Position numbers and translations under genes: made by a program. DNA of 64,000 nucleotides, from NCBI GenBank assembly GCA_029953675.1, contig JAMWBK010000003.1:2418001-2482000 (forward strand). The letters run 5' to 3'. The stretch comes from Rhodosorus marinus CCMP1338. Lineage: Eukaryota > Plantae > Rhodophyta. A model generated the notes under the pieces. It was not told where the DNA came from and ran no database searches. It worked only from the letters and a program-made list of their open reading frames with translations. Positions 56,150 to 64,000 of the stretch are shown piece by piece (the stretch's first letter is position 1; each line of letters opens with the position of its first letter).

Positions 56150-58159
56150 CGCTCCTCACACCCTCTTCAAACCTCTACAAGTCTGTGCCTACCTCCCCAA
56201 TCCCCCTCCTCCTGAAGATCGTCCTAATGCTAAAAGCGCTTTCTTACTACCAGCAGAAATATATCAAAACCTCCACAGCGTCTCCACTTTCTGGTCAAAC
56301 CCTTGCGCGCCCGAAGCCGTCAGTCCCCAAGTTCGGTCATCACCTGATCGTCACCGACTCCTCATTTTCCAGGCCCTCCGCAAAGCAACTGACTTTTTCA
56401 TCTAGACCGAGAAAAGCCTATTCTTGTCGGTCCCAGACGCTCCGGAATGGAGGTCCAACACGAGAACGGCCAAACCTATCCTAGACCACCTAAGCTAAGG
56501 CCATATTCTTTTTTGTAATTTTTTGAGGAAAAAACGTAACCCCTTTTTCCAATTTTGAAAACCAAGAATGTAACGGTTAGTCATCAGTCATTTTAAAATG
56601 ATTGAATTCCTTTCGGATTTAATGATTGTCTCAATCAACGATGCTGAGGAACGTAGAAAGTTGATTAGCTCCGCCAGGCGTGGATGCGGCAGGCGCCGTA
56701 AAAGCGATACTGCTTTCCTACTACTACTGAATCCAGAATTGTCAATGTACAACATAAGAATAGGTGTGCTTGATTCGCGACTCCTGGACGATATAATTTG
56801 GTTCTAAATCCCGGGAGGACGATGGCACTTCCGCATACTGCGCTTTCCAGGCGCGACTCCGGTTCCGCTTTAGCCATGGCTCCGCTCAGAAGCCCATAAC
56901 GCTTTATAAACGATCTCAATCCACTTCGAAACGAACTATCGTCAATTCCAAGAACCTAAGTTTGCGTTCTGACTCGCAAACCTCCAACCTGGAGCCGGGG
57001 TCCTTGGTCTCATTTTACTGAATAAAAGTCGGCTCAATGACGCTACTTTGGATTCGCTGAATACTCGGTTGCTTAGCTTTTATCACGCTATTAGATAAAT
57101 CTGTTGCGAATCCACAAACTGTAAAGCTGCTCCTTCCCACCTGGATGGGACAACGGAAGAACGTTCAGGAGGTTTTTAGGGGAGAAACGGGGCACACAGT
57201 AGCGCCGGGGGGAACACAAAGAGGTCGTGAATTGTCCAGAGGGGACAAAAAGAGTTGTGAAAGGTCGACCAAGTCAAGAAAAGAGAGGTGAACGACTGAA
57301 CAGGTCAGGAAAGGGCAAAAAAGAGGTAACTAGTCGTACTTCCACTCTGCGATCAAAGGCGCTGCTCGAGTAAAAGGTAATAGTGCATCCATCTCCACGG
57401 GTCCCCATAACGCTCTGTAAGAACTTCTAGTTCCAACAGGTTGTGAGCCCCCCCCCAGCTCGCCTGAGGTGTGAACTAAGAAGATGAGAATGAGCTGGAT
57501 GGTAGAGAAGGTTAATCGTTCGAGGAAGTCCTTTGTAGAGAACATGAATCAGAGATAAAGCACTTGGACAACGTAGTGAGAGTTTTGTATTCGTCTCGAT
57601 GACGATGACTTGCAACAGAAAATTGCAAGGGCTCGTGTAGCCAGAGTTGCTAGGAGTCGGAAAACTCCGTATTTTGCTCTATGGGACGTTCTATTTCGGC
57701 AGCCAAGCGGCAGTTGCAGGGAATGTTTGAAGGACATTCTCAATAGGAAATGGGGCTTAAGAGGCATTAACAGGCAAGGACGTAGATAGCGTGGCGTGGG
57801 AGTGAGTGGGCGAACGTATGAAACCGCCGCCCTTAGCCAGTCACAAGCGGGGGTAGAGTCCCTACCTCAGTTCCACCAGGCTGTTTTGGGTAGTTTGAGG
57901 TAAGGGTGGACCGAATTTCCGAGTGGAAACGTTGCAAGCGCACCAATCAATTCAAAACATGGCGACAGCCTGTACCTGTAGAAATAAAATTAGGCATAAT
58001 TCAATACAATTGCAAAAGCCTATTAGCGCGGCGACAGGCTTCGGCATCAAACTGCTTGTAGCGTTTCAGAGTTGCCAGACTTTTTGTTTCATGGGTTTGT
58101 TTTTTTTGAAGTTTGCAAGTATGTACCCTTTGGAAGGTACTTCCTCCTCCGCCGCCTCC

Positions 58160-58765
58160 AGCCAGGTTATACAGCTTGAAGGAGACAAACCTCTACCCGT
58201 CGGAGAAACCGAAGTGGCTCAGTGTGTACCAAAGCTCTCCGGATCTGTATACTGATTCAACTGTTCATCCGCCACCCTAGCGTTCTGTATGGGTCAGCAA
58301 TTTCCTAGAAGGGCAGTCTTCTTGTCCTGTCACGGATTAGTATGGGTCGAGTTCGTTAAAAAAACAAAAGTCCTTACATATCCAGTCTAAATGTTTTCGG
58401 CTGGCCACCTGCAGAGAAGTCTTTGGCCTTTTCGCTTTCAGACGGATTATTTTGGGTCGAATTTGTCATACCCTTAAAAGTTGAAAGTCCTATATATAAC
58501 TAGTCGACGTTTTGTTTCCACATAGTACTAGTCCTCCGGTCGGGTTTATACAACTTGAAGGAGACTAGCCCACCACACCAGAGAAAGCAATGTACGCTCA
58601 TTCTGCCGTAAAGCTCGCTCGATGTGTCGACACTGATTCAGCCGTTCCCCTCCACCGTGTCGGGTCTAGAAACATGCGTAATTTCTTGATCAAATGAAAA
58701 CTCTCTTCGCATTTTTCCGATTCTAACGGATTATTTTGGGTCGAGTTTGCGGCTTCCTTAAAGGC
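58160..58765 (+). repeat. Degenerate about 380-bp tandem duplication plus a third partial copy
   Basis: ttataca(g/a)cttgaaggagac at about 58167 and 58546; ctgattca at about 58252 and 58633; ggatta(g/t)t(a/t)tgggtcga at about 58334, 58445 and 58728. Confidence 0.75.
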
Positions 58766-61112
58766 CGAAACTCTTTGGCATATTACCACTCGCCGTGTTT
58801 TTCGTTCAGAGTGATGGGGGATCAAATGCTTCTCACCTCTTTTTTTTTTGAGCCATTGCGATAGTCGCAGAGTTGTGGTGGGGCTATGCGCTATGCGATT
58901 AAGCAACGGTGCCCGGCCTGTGTGTACGATCTAGTCGCAAATATTCCTGCAAGGCAACGGCTGGGCTGTAACCATTTTCGTACTTTAGGAGTACACAAGG
59001 AGGCAGAAAGATTCGCTCGTCTCTGTTTAGTCAATAGCGACGGCAACCCTCATTTCCGGCTCGCAGTGAAGCTTAGATCTCAGCAGCACATGCTTCTTTT
59101 CCTTTGACGCGTAGCGTCGTTACAAAGGTCATCTAAACATTGGCGAGGAGTTCTAGGACTTGTTCGCAACCCAATTCCGCACCGCTGCCATGCAAAATCC
59201 TGCGGAGAGTGATTCGACTATGTGTTCCGGATAAGCACCCAAGTCCCTTCCGACTTGGTTGTGATGCCTCAATCCCGTGATCTAGTAAAATCCGCACGAA
59301 TCGAAGCGGATGACGTTCGCCCTTGGAGCGATCCCTTTGACGCTGAATGCATACTGGACGGGAAGCACGGTAAGTCCAAGTCCTCGAAAACGCGGGGGCG
59401 CGTATTTAATGTCGGAAGGGCATCAGCTGCATGAATATCCTGGTGAGTGAATATGAATTTTTCTCCTCTTTCATAACTTAATAATTCATCACTAGCGCCG
59501 AGGCCCGGAGCCAGCGCAACTCGTACGCTCCCTTGAAGCCAAGCACGTTACGCTCAGAGCCGTTGCTGCGTTGCTCTATACGTATGTCGTGAGAGTTTAG
59601 CGAGGAAGGAGGCGGTGTCCGACGGGCTCCCAAGGTACAGAAGAGCCTACCTCATGATGCGATTCTACTGGATAAGGTGCAAGAGAAGACCCCAAGAGGG
59701 CAACCGCAGATCCCACCTCCCCATGATGATATTGTTTCCTAAGACTTGATACGACTTCTATCCCCATTCCCAATTTTGATTTACAGACACGATCCCTATA
59801 CGCGAGATTTGTCCAGCGAAAGAAAAGGGGTTGGATGATAATCAGATTCTATTATAAGTTATTTTGATATACATGAGCTTCACTAACCAATAGATGGTGT
59901 ATACGGAAGTTGATAGTTATTTTTTTCTCTATTCATATATTGCGGCTTCTTTTAGAAATATTGGAAAACGAAAACATTGAAGTAGGACGGACACGATATG
60001 CAAATCAGGAGAGTAGACAAGGTTAGTTGTTTAGTTTTTGTGATCGAAAACCAGCTTTCAGTAACTCAAGGAGCCCGGCGTTCGTTGTTGTACAGGTTTG
60101 GCCCTCAAACCCCCACTGTTTGTGTAGAGTCCTACGAATTTGCTTGTGATTCTTGAAGAGTCTTGAGAGAGGTCAGATCCCCGTAGATATCATAGCAAGT
60201 GATCGACAGGATTGCGGGCATTGAACCAAAAAAAAAGTCGCTGGAAGAAGAATCTAGCTTGCTAGCTCAGCACGCGGGCCCACAGTTTGCGGTTAATTCG
60301 CGTTTCTGAACGCATTCCGAATCAGTCTATTGAGGGGCTCCTCCGCTCCGAACACTTGGTCGTGCGTCGTACGAAAAAAACAAAACAACTCGCCTAGCTG
60401 CTGTGTTTGTGAATGCCGTAGCTTGGCCGTTCGCGTGGTCGCGCTCAAAGACAAGTAGTCTCCGACTTGAAAAGTGATTCTGATGTTGATGTGGAAACAA
60501 GTAAGAAACCTCTGCTCTCTATCTGTTTCCTGGCGCTCGCTCATGCCTTGCGATTCGTTCTCTGACTGTCTCCCTTTGCTCACATCGTGGTTCGGTCCTC
60601 TTCACTTAGTGTTGACGAACTAGCCACGACTCGACCTGAGCTGCCTCGCGAGAACTGGACACTCCAGATATGAAAACCCGGAAGAGGGCCACGAACCGCC
60701 GCCCCCTCCTGCCCCTCCCTGGGCGGCTCATCAGCGACGTCCCTGCAACAGCTGTTAAGCGTGGGAAACTCAACCTCATTGCGACTGCGCTTAAAAAATC
60801 CATAAAACAAATATCTGAATATAATATTTTATAGAATTGTAAACTGTTTCATATGTTCAACCAATAGTATATCAGCAAACATCCCCCATCACCACAGTCC
60901 TTTCGTGTCGTGTCCAGGAGAATGGAGGGGGGGAAGGTGAATGATTATTATTATTAATATTATTTTTGGCTCCCAAGAGATGTTTCGACGGCAAAAAAGG
61001 GACTATCTATTAAAAAAATCATATTTCCAACTACGGCATGCAATAAAAACACGACACGCTTTGGACCGGGCAGACTAGAACGTGGGCTTGCACATACGTA
61101 GTTTCACAAGTT

Positions 61113-61320
61113 TGTCCATATCGAAGGTAATTTTGTACAGAAATTCAACTGTACTTTTGAAATCATTTTCCAAGCAGTAAAAAAAAAGGAAAGCCACTCC
61201 AACCTCCACTTTCTCCCGCGGTCGAACGCCCCATATACACGGCAAACCACTTCAACAGGATTCTGATACTTCCTCTTCGAGAATTCCGATAAGAAACCTT
61301 CCAACTACTATTATTCCAAA
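61113..61320 (-). pseudogene. Coding-like fragment paralogous to 50473-50655
   Basis: Translates LSEFSKRKYQNPVEVV...FFFTAWKMISKVQLNFCTKLPSIWT. No ATG; TAA TAG TAG lie immediately upstream in frame. Confidence 0.55.
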
Positions 61321-62509
61321 TTCAATTCTACGGGAACGAATTAAGTTTTTTGGAGTTACCCTATAATATAGAGAATCCTGTCAAGATCATTTCGAGAAAG
61401 GTACTATATCGAGTATGTTTCCCTTTTACTGGGTCTCGTAGATTCAGACATGAGCCACCCCTCTCTTCCCACAATTTAAGGCACCATTTTTTTTGCGCTT
61501 TGTTTTTTCGTTGATTTGCTTTTTTCCCGCTTCCAGTCCCTCCTCCCCCCCCCCTTCGCACTTCCTGGCCCAGAAATGACTCGAAAATTTTTTTATTCCA
61601 ATTCCGTTTGGTTTGGAGATTTGTTTGAAACACTTGACATGAAACTGACCAAGACGATGGTATTTTTATTAAGGAATTCTATAAATGTACGGTTGGGCAA
61701 GTGGACGACTATGATGCTTCGCTTTGGTGTGTTGACTTATAAAAGAATTTGGCACACAAAAGTTCTTTTGAGTTTCAAGGAAATCCAAAAAAATCCTCGA
61801 CCACGTTCCTGTGATTTTTTGTCTTTCTTTGAAGCTTCAGTTGTTCGGCGGTGCTCTATTGAGAGTGGGGGGTGTTGGGAGGGGGGGGGGGGCCGGCCGA
61901 GCGTTTCTTATTCCTATCCCCGACTTCACTGAAATTTATTTTCCTTTACTATATACAATTGGCGAAGCAGGATTCTCTCTCACGACTGGGACAGGGAGCC
62001 CTCGACGATTTGTGAAATGCAAATTGTTGATCTGTGAACGCTCGAAGCCCGTCAGGCGCCCACCACCGCGATGCTGAGTAAAGTCAGTCAGTAAATGGGC
62101 TTTTTACCGGCTGCAGCTGTGAGGTGCGGTCCAGAATTCACACCCCTGGACCGCGTTCATGCGTCTTCTCCATCATCATGTAGCCACCTATCCAAAAGGT
62201 GAACAAGTAGTAGCTCTCATCGTCCTGAGATTCCACGTACCCGAACTTTCAGAGCTGCTCGTCGGCCTAAGAGGGAAATGGAGTGCGGAGCAGTTTGGAC
62301 ATTCTCCGGAATCCGACTGTTGCCAATCCAGGCAGAACGAGCGTCCAAGGAGCACAATGGTTACGGCTTTTGCGTTCGTTGCCTTTGTGTAGGCGACCTC
62401 GGTCAACAGATTCTGAAATATGACTGTACTTTCCGAGAATTTAGTTATGATACACATGCGAACCAGCTTTCTACATACGAACAAAAAGGTGCTATCAACA
62501 GTTAAAATA

Positions 62510-62968
62510 TTAGTTCACAGTCAAACTTCGCTCCTTCCTCTTGTCTGCCTTCATGGCTTCAACTCTCTGCTCTGAGCGCCTGTGGGAACGCTTATGGCAA
62601 GATAAGCTCGACCTCCACTTGAACCGTCTCGAGCAGCCCGGGAACGGACATTCATACGGGTCATCTCCAGAGTGAAAACGGATGTGATCCTTCAAATACG
62701 ATTCTTTTAGAAAGCTTTTCGTACATCCCTCCTTCGGGCAGACAAATCTTTTCCGCCTGGGTACCAACAGGGTCTCCTTTGAAACGGAAGGAGGACCCCC
62801 ACTCTCGCTAAGTCTCTCCACGGCAAAATCACAGAGAAACGAAATATCCATCTTCGATGCCTGTTTCCTTGAGGCAACCACGGCCATGTATTGCCGTTCC
62901 TCCTCTAGCAACGGCGACGAGGCCATACCCTGCGCTTCCTGCTTCGCGCTAACCAATACCGACATCAT
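62510..62968 (-). CDS. C2H2 zinc-finger transcription factor (2 fingers), intronless
   Basis: FVCPKEGCTKSFLKESYLKDHIRFH-SGDDP-YECPFPGCSRRFKWRSSLSCHKRSH. First in-frame ATG is at 62968. Confidence 0.9.
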   Translation of the reverse strand: MMSVLVSAKQEAQGMASSPLLEEERQYMAVVASRKQASKMDISFLCDFAVERLSESGGPPSVSKETLLVPRRKRFVCPKEGCTKSFLKESYLKDHIRFHSGDDPYECPFPGCSRRFKWRSSLSCHKRSHRRSEQRVEAMKADKRKERSLTVN

Positions 62969-64000
62969 TCCTTCACAACCCGAATCTCCCCGCTTCCTCC
63001 CTACTACCCCTTCCTCAGTCAACCTCTCCTCCAACACCTCCCCGCCATCCCCCGCCCACAAGCCTCTGGATAATCCTGCTTAATAGAGAAACTGGCAAAA
63101 ACAGTTACGCTGTACAAAACACATTAATTCATTGTCCCTTTTGTCACGACTGAACCTCGGTTACAACCAAATCACTCCAGCAAATTATTAACCGGAGAGA
63201 AGTCGTCCCGGCGATTTGAGCACGAGCAAGCTGTATGAGTGTATCACTAATTTTTCTTCCCTCATTCTGTACCTACGCCAACACTGCAAACAGTTGGGCC
63301 GCGTGATTTCCGGGCCCCCCTCAAACTATAAAATAATAAAGAAAAATCCAAGAAGCCAGCCAATGACGCCTCAGAGAACTTGTCTTACAATTGAAATACG
63401 AGGAAGAAAGATCTAGTACTGAAATTTTGGTATTTTCTGTGGTTTGATTGATTGGTTTGCGCACGTACACAACCCCCCCTTCCTTCGTTAAGGGGATGTA
63501 CGACAAATATTAAATAATAGTCATATTATATATATATTTCTTTTCTATTTTATTCTGAAGCGTGGAAATTGTTGTTTTAGAAATCCCTTCAAAAATATGG
63601 ATTGAGATTTTTAGACGCAACAGTTGAGACGTCATCCTATCGAACAGGATCACACAAGTTTTGGTTTAAGCAAAACTTATGCTCCAGTCAGCCCCGTGGA
63701 AGGGGGTTTGTATCAGTACAGGTGGAATGCGGGGGTTGGGTAGAAAATTTTCTCTCCAGCACATCATGACGACGACCACTTACTATATCCACTTGAATTC
63801 CGCTCAAATGTAAAGGGTCAAAAATTGTTCCAAAAACTGAAGACGACAGAGGTGTCCGGGTCAAGAATCCCCTGTTTGTACAAAAAAAAACAACTCATCA
63901 CGGTATATTTTCACGGGCGAATAGGCTCTTCCCGCATCGATAAAAAATAGCTAAATAACAGAAAAAAGTTCCCCTACTCCAGAAACTACCATCGTCTTTC

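Noticed and set aside
58334-58750. Spaced repeats resembling a CRISPR array
   Set aside because: Only three degenerate copies with irregular spacing, in a eukaryotic context with no cas genes.
62126-62154. 9-bp stem hairpin (gcggtccag/ctggaccgc)
   Set aside because: Isolated; no tRNA or snoRNA features, and within chance expectation.

Overview
Eukaryotic nuclear DNA with short GT-AG introns (mostly 65-240 nt). It is probably from a red alga; this is an inference from M(A/V/N)(G)F-type plastid transit peptides, a TDY-type MAPK and a short plant-like Tom22. I could build about 19 protein-coding genes with frame-consistent exons: ABHD11-like hydrolase, three C2H2 zinc-finger factors, a Mit_KHE1-like protein, MsrA, DBP2/DDX5 helicase, Tom22, CK2 alpha, profilin, a hotdog thioesterase, a nucleoplasmin-FKBP, a WD40-like protein, an ICMT/PEMT-like methyltransferase, a membrane-anchored sulfotransferase-like protein, a MAPK, HTATSF1/Cus2, Nuf2 and one hypothetical. 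I found no supportable tRNA, rRNA, CRISPR array or intact transposon. Highlights: (1) a 1036-nt intron in DBP2 at the codon position of the autoregulatory yeast DBP2/human DDX5 intron, containing a candidate in-frame decoy 3' splice site; (2) a 370-bp exon+intron tandem duplication inside the FKBP gene; (3) a Tat-signal MsrA; (4) two copies of a decayed unknown coding sequence, each downstream of a C2H2 gene; (5) many kb of frameshifted coding-like relics; (6) strand-skew flips around AT-rich cores.
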